In this document: positions 8,158 to 16,988 of the stretch, in pieces
Layout of the letters: the number at the start of each line of letters is the position of its first letter
How positions within the stretch are numbered: position 1 is the first letter of the stretch
NCBI GenBank assembly: GCA_025355565.1
Contig: JANXZK010000020.1
Location: forward strand, 1 to 60,356
Direction: 5' to 3'
Length of the DNA stretch: 60,356 bases
From: a bacterium
GTDB lineage: Bacteria > Patescibacteriota > Minisyncoccia > Phycocordibacterales > PALSA-1337
Notes under the pieces: model-generated
Seen by the model: only the letters and a program-made list of their open reading frames with translations
Database searches by the model: none
What the model was told of the DNA's origin: nothing
Position numbers and translations under genes: made by a program

Positions 8158-9846
8158 ATGAACAACACTGAAAAGAAAAATGGCATCATATATTGCAGGG
8201 TATCTTCGACGGAACAGGTTGAGGGCACTTCGCTCGAATCACAGCAGAAAATCTGTAGCGACTATGCCGTGCGCGAGAATATTAATGTACCCAAAATCTT
8301 CATTGAAAAGGGTGAATCAGCTAAAACAGCCGACCGCACTGAATTCATGTCAGCCATATCATTTTGTGGAGACAAGAAAAACAAAGTCGATTACTTCATT
8401 GTTTACAAGCTCGATAGATTTGCGAGAAACCAAGCAGATCACATTACAGTCAGGGAAACGCTTCGTAAGTACAAGGTGGAATTGAAATCCGTCACCGAAC
8501 CTATTGGCGACAGTCCTGTAGGCAAAATGATGGAAGGCATACTCTCCGCTTTCGCCGAATTCGATAACAATGTCAGAACAGAAAGAAGCGTAAACGGTAT
8601 GAAGGAACGCATCAAACAAGGCGTCTGGGTATGGGGTGCTCCCATTGGCTACCACAGGCTACAGAAGGGCGCTAACTTATCTCCGCATCCGACTTACGCG
8701 CCATACATCAAAATGATCTTCGAGGAATATTACAAGGGATCATACACTTACGATTCATTAGCCAAGTATATTACTGTCAGAGGATTCACGACAACTTCCG
8801 GAAAGCCGGCATTTCCGCAGCTCATTGAACGCATCATTAAGAATCCGATCTACTGCGGCATTATTAGAATTTGGGACATTGAAAGCGAAGGTAAATTCGA
8901 GCCCATCATCTCCCAAGATTTGTTCTACCAGTGCCAAGGAAGTGGCAGGAGGCACAAGAGTACGCCACGATCAGTTAAGAATCCAGAATTTCCGTTGAGA
9001 AAATTAACAGTATGCCAGTTTTGTGGCGAATCATTATTAACTGGTAGCAATGCAACCGGCCGCAAAGGAGTGAAATATCCTTACTACTATCACCAGAAAC
9101 AATCCTGTACTTACGCTAAATTCATTCCCAAAGAATCATTCGAGCAACTATTCGTGGAACATTTACACGAGATCAGCCCGAGCTTGAAATATGAGAATGC
9201 TTTCAAGACTATCGTTCTCGACATCTGGAAAAACAATTACAAAAGATTTGATGAAGAAAATAGACTGATCAACAGAGATGTAGACTCCTTAATTGACCAA
9301 CGTCAGCGTGTCTTTGACCTGCATCGTGAATGCACTTACTCCAACGAAGAATTTATCGATCAGAAGGAATTGATCAACAAGAAGATTGCTGGCAAAAAGT
9401 TACTTATTCACGACAAGAGCGTGGCCGAATTTAACATGGATGAAGCGCTTGAATATTGCTTCAGCTTCATCAGGAATTCAGCCGAATCTTGGCTCAAGAT
9501 GGCAGACAGACCAGAGAAGCGTCTCCGGTTCCAAAATTTGATCTTTGAGGAAAATTTGCCATTCACCGGAGAAAAATTTGGAACCACCAAACTAACGCCT
9601 ATATACAGCATATATCAGCAATTCTTAACAAATCCATCACAACTGGTGCCCCCACCAGGAATCTCGCCCTACGGGCGCTGTACAGGTTTCGCATTCTTCG
9701 TCCCTCGCAAGCTCGGGATTCAGAATATGCTCAACCTCTTCGATTTCTGGACGCGAGACGCGCAGGCGTCTCGCTTGGGGGCACAAAAATTCGCTTCGCT
9801 CATCTTTGTGCCCCCACCAGGAATCGAACCTGGATTTTCTCCTTAG
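8158..9846 (+). CDS. Large serine recombinase; in the integrated state reads through the att site into antisense tRNA
   Basis: IYCRVSS (catalytic Ser), VYKLDRFARN, NPIYCG, CQFC zinc ribbon, coiled coil; ends VPPPGIEPGFSP. Confidence 0.95.
   Translation: MNNTEKKNGIIYCRVSSTEQVEGTSLESQQKICSDYAVRENINVPKIFIEKGESAKTADRTEFMSAISFCGDKKNKVDYFIVYKLDRFARNQADHITVRETLRKYKVELKSVTEPIGDSPVGKMMEGILSAFAEFDNNVRTERSVNGMKERIKQGVWVWGAPIGYHRLQKGANLSPHPTYAPYIKMIFEEYYKGSYTYDSLAKYITVRGFTTTSGKPAFPQLIERIIKNPIYCGIIRIWDIESEGKFEPIISQDLFYQCQGSGRRHKSTPRSVKNPEFPLRKLTVCQFCGESLLTGSNATGRKGVKYPYYYHQKQSCTYAKFIPKESFEQLFVEHLHEISPSLKYENAFKTIVLDIWKNNYKRFDEENRLINRDVDSLIDQRQRVFDLHRECTYSNEEFIDQKELINKKIAGKKLLIHDKSVAEFNMDEALEYCFSFIRNSAESWLKMADRPEKRLRFQNLIFEENLPFTGEKFGTTKLTPIYSIYQQFLTNPSQLVPPPGISPYGRCTGFAFFVPRKLGIQNMLNLFDFWTRDAQASRLGAQKFASLIFVPPPGIEPGFSP
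9646..9825. repeat. 18-bp direct repeat of the tRNA-Arg 3' end enclosing an interrupted inverted copy and hairpins
   Basis: GTGCCCCCACCAGGAATC at 9646-9663 and 9808-9825; TTCGATTTCTGG..TGGGGGCACAAA between them. Confidence 0.85.
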
Positions 9847-9880
9847 GACGGAATTGTTCTATCCATTGAACTACAGGGGC
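9809..9880 (-). tRNA. tRNA-Arg(CCT)
   Basis: Cloverleaf GCCCCTG..GT CCT AA..CCAGG TTCGATT CCTGG TGGGGGCA; no encoded CCA. Confidence 0.92.
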
Positions 9881-9963
9881 TTTGGAAATGAATCTTAGGT
9901 TTTGGAACTATACCACATTATTGACTTTTGCGGCATGATGAGTTTTCTGCTAGACTGATTCCC

Positions 9964-10251
9964 ATGACCCCAGAAGAGAAGTCATTGCTCGAACGTACAT
10001 GCAAAATGGTAGAGGATAACAATGCTATCCTCCATTCTATCCGTCGCACGAATAGGCTCTCTGTCATCATACGAGTGACATATTGGGTGCTCATATTGGT
10101 CATCAGCTTTGGAGCATATTATTTCATTCAACCTTATCTCACTATGATGCTCGGTCTATATAGTCAAGCGACAGGAGGTATTCATAGTATCCAAGGTGGT
10201 ATGGACACAGTGCAAAGCGCAACGGATTCGATCAAAGAATTGTTGAGGTAG
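9964..10251 (+). CDS. Small single-TM hypothetical protein
   Basis: MTPEEK... with one TM helix; TG-C-TAGACT 7 nt before ATG 9964. Confidence 0.7.
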   Translation: MTPEEKSLLERTCKMVEDNNAILHSIRRTNRLSVIIRVTYWVLILVISFGAYYFIQPYLTMMLGLYSQATGGIHSIQGGMDTVQSATDSIKELLR

Positions 10252-10269
10252 TAAAGGACGAAGTATTTT

Positions 10270-10342
10270 GCCGAGGTAGCTCAGTTGGTAGAGCATTCCC
10301 CTGAAGAGGGAAGGGTCACCAGTTCGATCCTGGTCCTCGGCA
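10270..10342 (+). tRNA. tRNA-Phe(GAA)
   Basis: GCCGAGG..TTCCC CT GAA GA GGGAA..TTCGATC..CCTCGGCA. Confidence 0.95.
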
Positions 10343-10367
10343 CAAAGTAGATGAGCACCACTCATAT

Positions 10368-10396
10368 TTCCACTGATGGGAAAAGCATCAGTGGAA
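10368..10396. terminator. Hairpin after tRNA-Phe
   Basis: TTCCACTGATG-N7-CATCAGTGGAA. Confidence 0.55.
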
Positions 10397-10510
10397 GGGA
10401 AGTGGTTCTGGTTCCTCATGTCCCTGCAAACATGAGATCATCTATCACATCATCATGATGGTCACAAAGTATTAGATTCGTAAGAGTTATGTCGACGCAT
10501 AACTACATAC

Positions 10511-10600
10511 AGGCTAACAAATAGTAGATAAAATCCTGATGAATTTTTGATAAAAATTCGATAAAAAAAGAATCAAATTTCGATAAAATATAGATAAAAA
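10511..10600 (-). promoter_or_regulatory. 11-bp periodic TTTATC array plus extended -10 (copy 1)
   Basis: GATAAA-type units at 10527, 10538, 10549, 10560, 10571, 10582, 10593; minus strand TTTATCT-N6-TG-T-TAGCCT. Confidence 0.75.
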
Positions 10601-10642
10601 CTATTTTGGACGAAAAGCTAGTGAGGACTCGTCAGATAACTG

Positions 10643-11341
10643 TTATAAATCATAGGCATCTCGGAGATGTTCGGGGGTGTCGATGATGTAGCCACGACCT
10701 GGAATATTGGCAATAAGGCTCGGTTTTCGACCGACATTGAGCTTCTTTCGTAGGTTTCGGATATGCGCTTCGACGGTATTTGAGAACGGATTGCTGTCAG
10801 CTGTCCAGACATGTTCCATGATGAGCGCACGAGAAAGAACGGTTCCTGCATGCTTCACCATGTATTCGAGCAAGCAAAATTCCTTCCGGGTGATCTTCAA
10901 TCGACGGTTGCCTCTCATGACTATGCTCCTTTCCGAATCGATCTTTAGGTCATGTATCTGGAGCGTAGGGATATCCGCTTTCCTTGGTCTACGTGAGAGC
11001 AATTTGATCCGCGCCATCAGTTCCTGGAGAGCGAAAGGTTTGGTCATGTAGTCATCAGCTCCGGACTCGAAGGCGGCGACTTTGATATCGGGATCCTCGG
11101 TCACAGAGAGGAAAATGATCGGAGTAGTCTTGCCGAGCGCACGGATCTCTCGAGTCACCGCCAGGCCGTCTTTCTTTGGCATCGAATAGTCGAGAATGAT
11201 CATGTCATGTTCAAAGCTTCTAGCCATAAATGAGCCTTCATTGCCATCATGGGCGACCTCGACAGTGTGACCCGCAGACTTTAGACCACTGCAGAGCGCT
11301 TCAGATACAGAAATGTCATCTTCGATGATGAGTATCTTCAT
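10643..11341 (-). CDS. OmpR/PhoB-family response regulator (no adjacent kinase)
   Basis: IIEDD, ILDYSMP, GADDYMTKPF, winged helix VEAHIRNLRKKL..GRGY. Confidence 0.95.
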   Translation of the reverse strand: MKILIIEDDISVSEALCSGLKSAGHTVEVAHDGNEGSFMARSFEHDMIILDYSMPKKDGLAVTREIRALGKTTPIIFLSVTEDPDIKVAAFESGADDYMTKPFALQELMARIKLLSRRPRKADIPTLQIHDLKIDSERSIVMRGNRRLKITRKEFCLLEYMVKHAGTVLSRALIMEHVWTADSNPFSNTVEAHIRNLRKKLNVGRKPSLIANIPGRGYIIDTPEHLRDAYDL

Positions 11342-11457
11342 ATTGAATTTAAGTATATGCGCATGTATACAAAATGCAAGCCTCTATTGAGTTTGTCACA
11401 CTTTCTTGGTACTATATGGGGCACAATCTCTTATAAACTAAGTGTAATTTTTATACC

Positions 11458-11925
11458 ATGCCTACAGATGTACAATATCTAACCAGTGAAAAGCGCGCAG
11501 AGTTAGAAAAAGAATTAAATTTTCTCAAGAGCGAGAGGCGCAAAGAGGTCGCTGAACATTTAGAATATTCAAAAAAGCTTGGCGATCTTTCGGAGAACGC
11601 CGAATATCATCAGGCTCGCGAAGAGCAAGCTCTGGTCGAGGACCGTATCTCGAGATTGGAGACTCTATTGAAGAGCGCTGTCATGATCGGTGAAGGAGGG
11701 AAAGAGATGGTAACGATCGGTTCAACATTCCGATTGCAGAAAGACGGTGATAACAAGTCGTATATATATACCATTGTCGGATCAGAAGAGGCTGATATGA
11801 CTCATGGCAAGATATCGAACATTTCTCCACTCGGATCTGCTCTCCTTGGTCATAAAAAAGGTGAGAAAGTAAAAGTGGTGACTCCAAAAGGAACGATAGA
11901 GTACACGATAGTTATTATAAAATAA
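11458..11925 (+). CDS. greA: Transcription elongation factor GreA
   Basis: GDLSENAEY, SPLGSALLG. Confidence 0.97.
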   Translation: MPTDVQYLTSEKRAELEKELNFLKSERRKEVAEHLEYSKKLGDLSENAEYHQAREEQALVEDRISRLETLLKSAVMIGEGGKEMVTIGSTFRLQKDGDNKSYIYTIVGSEEADMTHGKISNISPLGSALLGHKKGEKVKVVTPKGTIEYTIVIIK

Positions 11926-11984
11926 AGTAAACAGTAAACCGAATATTGTGATTACCGATTACTGTATACTGATATCTAATCCAA

Positions 11985-13487
11985 ATGGCATCGATCGATG
12001 AACTTCGCACAACTAGATTGAATAAATTGGCATTACTAGAAAAGGCTGGAATGGATCCTTATCCAGCTAAAGTGCCACGAAGTTTTTGTCTCGAGGATGC
12101 AAAGAAGGATTTTGCGCAATTCGAAAAGTCGGCGGAGAAGGTATCTCTGTGTGGACGCATCATGGCCATCCGCGGACAAGGCGCTATCTTGTTCCTAGTG
12201 CTCGATGATGGAAAAGCGGCTTTTCAAGCAGTCATCAAGAAAGACGTTCTGGATGTAAGATTGTTCGAGTTGTTTACTGCGACTATCGATATCGGTGATA
12301 TCGTCAGTGTCACTGGGACATTCATGACTACTCAAAGAGGTGAACAGAGCATTTTGGTCACATCATGGACTATCGCTGTCAAGGCACTGTTGCCACTACC
12401 AGAAAAGTGGCACGGTCTCACTGATCCTGATGAGAAATTCCGCAAGAGATATCTAGATTTCATCATGGACAAAGCGGCGCGCGACATATTCTATAAAAAG
12501 GCCAAATTCTGGGAAGTTGTACGCACGATCATGAAAGAAGAGGGTTTTTTGGAAGTCGAGACACCGACTCTGGAGACGACGACGGGTGGCGCGGAAGCTA
12601 CTCCATTCAAGACGCATCACAATGATCATGACATGGACGTTTTCCTGCGTATTTCTGTCGGAGAATTGTGGCAAAAGAGGCTCATGGCTGGAGGTTTCCC
12701 AAAAACATTTGAGATCGGTCGTGTCTACAGGAATGAAGGTTCGAGCCCTGAACATATGCAGGAGTTCACAAATCTCGAATTTTACTGGTCATACGCGGAT
12801 TATAACGACGGTATGGAGTTTGTGACCAGGATGTATCGGCGCATCGCCACGGAAGTCTTTGGCACCACCAAGTTTACGTACAAGGAGCACACTTTCGACC
12901 TGGCAGATGAATGGGTGAAGATAGACTATGCTCTAGAGATCTTGAAGCAGACAAACATCGATATACACAAAGCTACTGATGAGGAGATCGTCGAAAGGTT
13001 GCGATCATTGAAAGTAGGGTATGATGGCTTGAACCGTGAACGTCTCGTTGATACGTTATGGAAATATTGTCGCAAGAACATCGCTGGTCCGGCATTCCTG
13101 ATCAATCATCCTGTACTCGTCGCACCGCTCGCAAAGAGGGTGAGTGAAGCTGGATCAAAAATAATGAATGAAAATGGTGGAAATGGATATAGTGGAGTTG
13201 TGCAGATGTTTCAACCGATCATTGCCGGCTCCGAGATCGGTCGTGGTTATTCGGAACTGAATGACCCGATAGATCAGCGCAAACGTTTTGAAGATCAGGC
13301 GAGATTATTGAAAGGCGGCGATACAGAAGCGATGATGGCAGATGATGAATTCGTAGAGATGCTCGAACACGGTATGCCACCTACTTGTGGTTATGGTTTT
13401 GGTGAGAGGCTATTTGCGGTGTTGACTAACAAGCCGCTACGCGAGGTTACGATGTTTCCACTGATGAAAGGTAAGGGGAAGGAGTGA
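11985..13487 (+). CDS. lysS: Lysine-tRNA ligase (class II)
   Basis: OB fold, GGAEATPF, YRNEG, HGMPPTCGYGFGERL. Confidence 0.97.
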   Translation: MASIDELRTTRLNKLALLEKAGMDPYPAKVPRSFCLEDAKKDFAQFEKSAEKVSLCGRIMAIRGQGAILFLVLDDGKAAFQAVIKKDVLDVRLFELFTATIDIGDIVSVTGTFMTTQRGEQSILVTSWTIAVKALLPLPEKWHGLTDPDEKFRKRYLDFIMDKAARDIFYKKAKFWEVVRTIMKEEGFLEVETPTLETTTGGAEATPFKTHHNDHDMDVFLRISVGELWQKRLMAGGFPKTFEIGRVYRNEGSSPEHMQEFTNLEFYWSYADYNDGMEFVTRMYRRIATEVFGTTKFTYKEHTFDLADEWVKIDYALEILKQTNIDIHKATDEEIVERLRSLKVGYDGLNRERLVDTLWKYCRKNIAGPAFLINHPVLVAPLAKRVSEAGSKIMNENGGNGYSGVVQMFQPIIAGSEIGRGYSELNDPIDQRKRFEDQARLLKGGDTEAMMADDEFVEMLEHGMPPTCGYGFGERLFAVLTNKPLREVTMFPLMKGKGKE

Positions 13488-13566
13488 TCAGTATACAATA
13501 AACAGTAATCTGAAATCGGATAGTTATACACAGTCAAATGTTTGTGAGAGGTGTTATAATTTCATC

Positions 13567-16389
13567 ATGAAAAAAGATGATGGATATGTTGCTGCATTGA
13601 TCGCTGCCACACTCCTTCTCGTCGTCATTCTAGTCGGATCCATCAAGTTCGTGATCGCTCAATCTAGTTCTCTGGCCGTCGCTATCGATCCACGAACACA
13701 GACAGCTCAAGTATCTGGAGCGGTCGGTAATGTCTATAATTTGCCATGTCCTTCTTCGAAGAATCTGTACTCGGTGATGGTAAATGGATTCAATGATCGC
13801 ATTGACAATGCTAGTGTCAAGGCGCCTTCCAATGCAACTACTGATCCTGCCAGGAATACAGATTTCTTGAAAAGTTGGGTTTCTGGTTTGAATTTTTCTG
13901 GTCACAGCGCCGATCACACTGGTACGGACCATTATGGATATACTCTGATAAGTCCTCGACATGCCGTGAGCGCGTGGCACCTCAATGGTTACGGTGTGTT
14001 TGTTGGACAGGATGTTATTTTTCATAGTTCTAAGGGTGATCATACAGTCAAGGTTGCTGGAATGAAACAAGTCAGCGGAACTGATATTGCGGTTGTCGTC
14101 TTTGATCAGGATTTACCACCAGATGTTGCTTACTATCCGATATTGACGAGTGACGATATGTTCACTTATGGTGTGAGAGATGTGCCAGTGATATTCTATT
14201 CTCAAACAGGAGATTTCCTCATACGAGAAGCTATCGCAACTCTCTATGGCGGCTCTAACGCTTCCGTTTCGTTGATTACATACCCTTCAGGTTCGAAATA
14301 TCGTCCATTTGGTTTTGAATTGAATGATATCTCTCAACCGAATGTGCTGACTGCGTCTGCGTATCCGGGAGATTCAGGCCGCCCAGGATTTTATCTCATC
14401 GGCAATAGCTTGGTCCTCAATTCTACACAAACTACTGGCGATATGGCACAACTTCTCGGAGCGCATGTGAGTCTGATCAACCAAACGATGACAGAGCTCG
14501 ATAGTGGTCTTTCCGTGCCAGTGACTAGTGGTTATAGGGTAACGACGCTCGGTATGTCATGTTTTACTCCATTCTCGATGACATCGATACCGGCACAAAC
14601 ATTCGATCTAAATAGCAATAACGGTTCTATGATTGGGAAGGTTGCTTATACGAGGTCAGGTGACTTTGCCTCTACTACAAATTTCACGATTGTTGGTGGA
14701 AATATTGATGATGAGTTTTCTATCGATGTTGATGGACGGCTCAGACTCGCGAATCTTTCTGCTTTCGTCGCGGCACATCGTTCCAAGTATAATCTCGCAT
14801 TAAAGATGTTTGAAGTGTGGTTGGACGGCGAGACTCGCACAGTTCAAGGGGAAGTCACCATCAATGTTTCGAATAGTGCCCCAGTTCTCGCGCCGATAGG
14901 CAACAAGTCTGTGGATGCGAATAGCAATCTGAGTTTCACGATTACCGCCACCGATCCAGACGGCGGCACTCTCACGTATTCAGCGGAGGGTTTACCATCA
15001 GGTGCGACTTTCAATGCTTCGACTGGAGCCTTTTCTTGGACACCAGTATTGGCAGAGTCTGGTAGTAGTCGTACGGTAACTTTTAAGGTCGATGATTCCC
15101 TGGGATCAATAGATTCGGGGACTGTTACGTTGTCGGTTAGTCTTGGTCGTTATAGTATACGTACGGTACCGATTGTGATTTCCGCGATATCTGCAGGTAC
15201 TCCGGGACGAACTTCCGCCACTATCACCTGGACAACTGATAAAACATCTTCGTCAAAGGTTGAATATGGTCTGACCAATGCATATGGGAGTAGTACGGCT
15301 ATCAGTTATACGTGGGTTAAATCGCATAGCCAGACTCTGTCAAATCTGTTGTCACATACGACATACCATTTCCGCGTGTCATCAAATGATCCCGTAAATA
15401 ATGCGCCAAATATATCCGCTGATCAGACGTTTACCACCGCCGCCGATCCTATTGTCGAAACGATTGTACCAGACGTAACTGCGCCTGTCGTCACTCCGCC
15501 ACCACCGGATGTCACCTCGCCAATCGTCACTTTGCCAAATAGATCGCCCGTCGCCGACGCTGGACTGAATATTTCTACTACCATACCTGCATCCGCTAGC
15601 CTGTCAGCTTCAGCTTCATCCGATCCGGATGGTGATGTACTCACATATTCTTGGTCGAAGGTTTCGGGTCCTGGTACAGTGACATTCTCCAATATTTCGA
15701 ACGTTTCCACAGCTGTCACTTTTTCAGAGGCGGGAACATATGTTCTAGAAGTTAGAGTTTCTGATGGATCTCTAAACTCTACAGATCGCGTGAATGTGAC
15801 TGCAAATCTGGTTCCAGTTACAACGTACACTCTGACAGCCTCGGCAGGTTCTCACGGTTCTATCAGTCCTCTCGGCGCCACGACGGTGAATTCCGGAGGC
15901 AGTCAAGTTTATGTCGTCACTCCAGCGACAGGATATCAGGTTGCGAATGTGACCGTAGACGGGTCCTTGGTGTCCTTGTTGAATAGTAAGTACACATTTG
16001 CCAATGTTACCGCCAGTCACAGTATTTCCGTAAGCTTTACGCAGGTTGTCGTTCCGCAACCGCCATATGTCCCGACTCCGGTCGTTAATCAGGTGCCAAA
16101 TCCAACATCATCGCAGGCAGACGACTCATCGGACATCGTGACGCAAAATTTCGTGTCATCGCCCGCGCCCAAGGCCACCAATGCTTCGACGACCGACCCT
16201 ATCTATGAACTTTCCTTATTGACTGCCACGTCCACAGATTTGAATTTTACCGATCCGCCAACTCTGTCAGAATTTGTAGCCTCATTTGTTACAGAAAAGT
16301 TTGATAAGGTAGTTTCCACAATTCGATATGTTATTGATAAAGTTGTAAGTGGTTTGAGTTATACGATGTCGTCACCGAGTACAGAGTAG
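13567..16389 (+). CDS. Surface/secreted trypsin-like serine protease with cadherin/Ig/FN3/PKD-like stalk
   Basis: N-terminal TM; LISPRHAVSAWH, TDIAVV, GDSGRP triad; ATDPDG, YHFRVSS, PVADAG..SDPDGD..YSW; Pro/Thr linkers. Confidence 0.8.
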   Translation: MKKDDGYVAALIAATLLLVVILVGSIKFVIAQSSSLAVAIDPRTQTAQVSGAVGNVYNLPCPSSKNLYSVMVNGFNDRIDNASVKAPSNATTDPARNTDFLKSWVSGLNFSGHSADHTGTDHYGYTLISPRHAVSAWHLNGYGVFVGQDVIFHSSKGDHTVKVAGMKQVSGTDIAVVVFDQDLPPDVAYYPILTSDDMFTYGVRDVPVIFYSQTGDFLIREAIATLYGGSNASVSLITYPSGSKYRPFGFELNDISQPNVLTASAYPGDSGRPGFYLIGNSLVLNSTQTTGDMAQLLGAHVSLINQTMTELDSGLSVPVTSGYRVTTLGMSCFTPFSMTSIPAQTFDLNSNNGSMIGKVAYTRSGDFASTTNFTIVGGNIDDEFSIDVDGRLRLANLSAFVAAHRSKYNLALKMFEVWLDGETRTVQGEVTINVSNSAPVLAPIGNKSVDANSNLSFTITATDPDGGTLTYSAEGLPSGATFNASTGAFSWTPVLAESGSSRTVTFKVDDSLGSIDSGTVTLSVSLGRYSIRTVPIVISAISAGTPGRTSATITWTTDKTSSSKVEYGLTNAYGSSTAISYTWVKSHSQTLSNLLSHTTYHFRVSSNDPVNNAPNISADQTFTTAADPIVETIVPDVTAPVVTPPPPDVTSPIVTLPNRSPVADAGLNISTTIPASASLSASASSDPDGDVLTYSWSKVSGPGTVTFSNISNVSTAVTFSEAGTYVLEVRVSDGSLNSTDRVNVTANLVPVTTYTLTASAGSHGSISPLGATTVNSGGSQVYVVTPATGYQVANVTVDGSLVSLLNSKYTFANVTASHSISVSFTQVVVPQPPYVPTPVVNQVPNPTSSQADDSSDIVTQNFVSSPAPKATNASTTDPIYELSLLTATSTDLNFTDPPTLSEFVASFVTEKFDKVVSTIRYVIDKVVSGLSYTMSSPSTE

Positions 16390-16394
16390 TAATG

Positions 16395-16480
16395 TTATCA
16401 ACAGGTTATCCACTGTTATTTTATTGTGTATTCATATTGAGGTGGGATATAATATCCATCAAGTGGGATGAAGTGGATAA
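16395..16480 (+). promoter_or_regulatory. mraZ promoter with GTGG(G) MraZ-type boxes and DnaA-box-like 9-mers
   Basis: GTGG at 16442, 16463, 16473; TTATCAACA 16395, TTATCCACT 16406. Confidence 0.6.
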
Positions 16481-16544
16481 GGTCATTTTCTCATAATTTA
16501 AATATTTTGAAGGAAAGCCGAACCATTTCACTCGCGAAAACAAA

Positions 16545-16988
16545 ATGCTTATCGGCGAATTCCGACATACTATCGACGACAAGAACCGCCTATCGCTTCC
16601 TGCAAAATTCCGAAAGGAAATGGGGAAGACGGTGGTTGTAACCCCTGGTCTCGATTCCTGTCTCTTCATCTTTACGATGAAAGAATGGGAGAAGATCTCA
16701 GGGAGACTGTCGGCCGGAGATTCCTCGATGCTGCAGGCGGACAATCGAGGTTTCAATCGTTACCTCCTGGGAGGAGCAGTTGAAGCCGAGGTTGATGCAG
16801 CTGGCAGAATGTTATTGCCAGAGTATATCCGAGAGCGTGCCAAGCTCGAGAGCAATAAGGTGGTATTTATCGGAGTCGGTGATCGCGCGGAACTCTGGGA
16901 TGAGAAGGTGTGGGATGTGTACCGAGCCGAGGTTGAGAACAGGGCTGGTACATTAGCAGAAAAGCTCGGAGCAGCTGGAGTCAAATGA
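16545..16988 (+). CDS. mraZ: MraZ
   Basis: IDDKNRLSLP and VDAAGRMLLP repeats; upstream of rsmH. Confidence 0.95.
   Translation: MLIGEFRHTIDDKNRLSLPAKFRKEMGKTVVVTPGLDSCLFIFTMKEWEKISGRLSAGDSSMLQADNRGFNRYLLGGAVEAEVDAAGRMLLPEYIRERAKLESNKVVFIGVGDRAELWDEKVWDVYRAEVENRAGTLAEKLGAAGVK

Larger units (their letters stand above)
400..9652 (+). mobile_element. Integrative element with rolling-circle Rep and large serine recombinase, inserted at the tRNA-Arg(CCT) 3' end
   Basis: GTGCCCC core at 400-406 and 9646-9652. Joining them extends the recombinase in frame and creates an imperfect inverted repeat. Rep and recombinase lie at the right end; the cargo is AT-rich. Confidence 0.85.

Noticed and set aside
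7135-9846. Filamentous or ssDNA prophage
   Set aside because: No Zot-like ATPase, coat or capsid genes between the att sites.
9653-9846. Recombinase C-terminal repeat domain (VPPPGI twice)
   Set aside because: It is read-through of duplicated antisense tRNA sequence, not an evolved domain.
10156-10419. 87-aa minus-strand ORF
   Set aside because: Antisense shadow of tRNA-Phe and the upstream gene.
16300-16480. oriC at the DnaA-box-like cluster
   Set aside because: Boxes are few and imperfect, similar ones are scattered (6822, 13523, 31219, 44068), there is no dnaA/dnaN, and skew was not computed.
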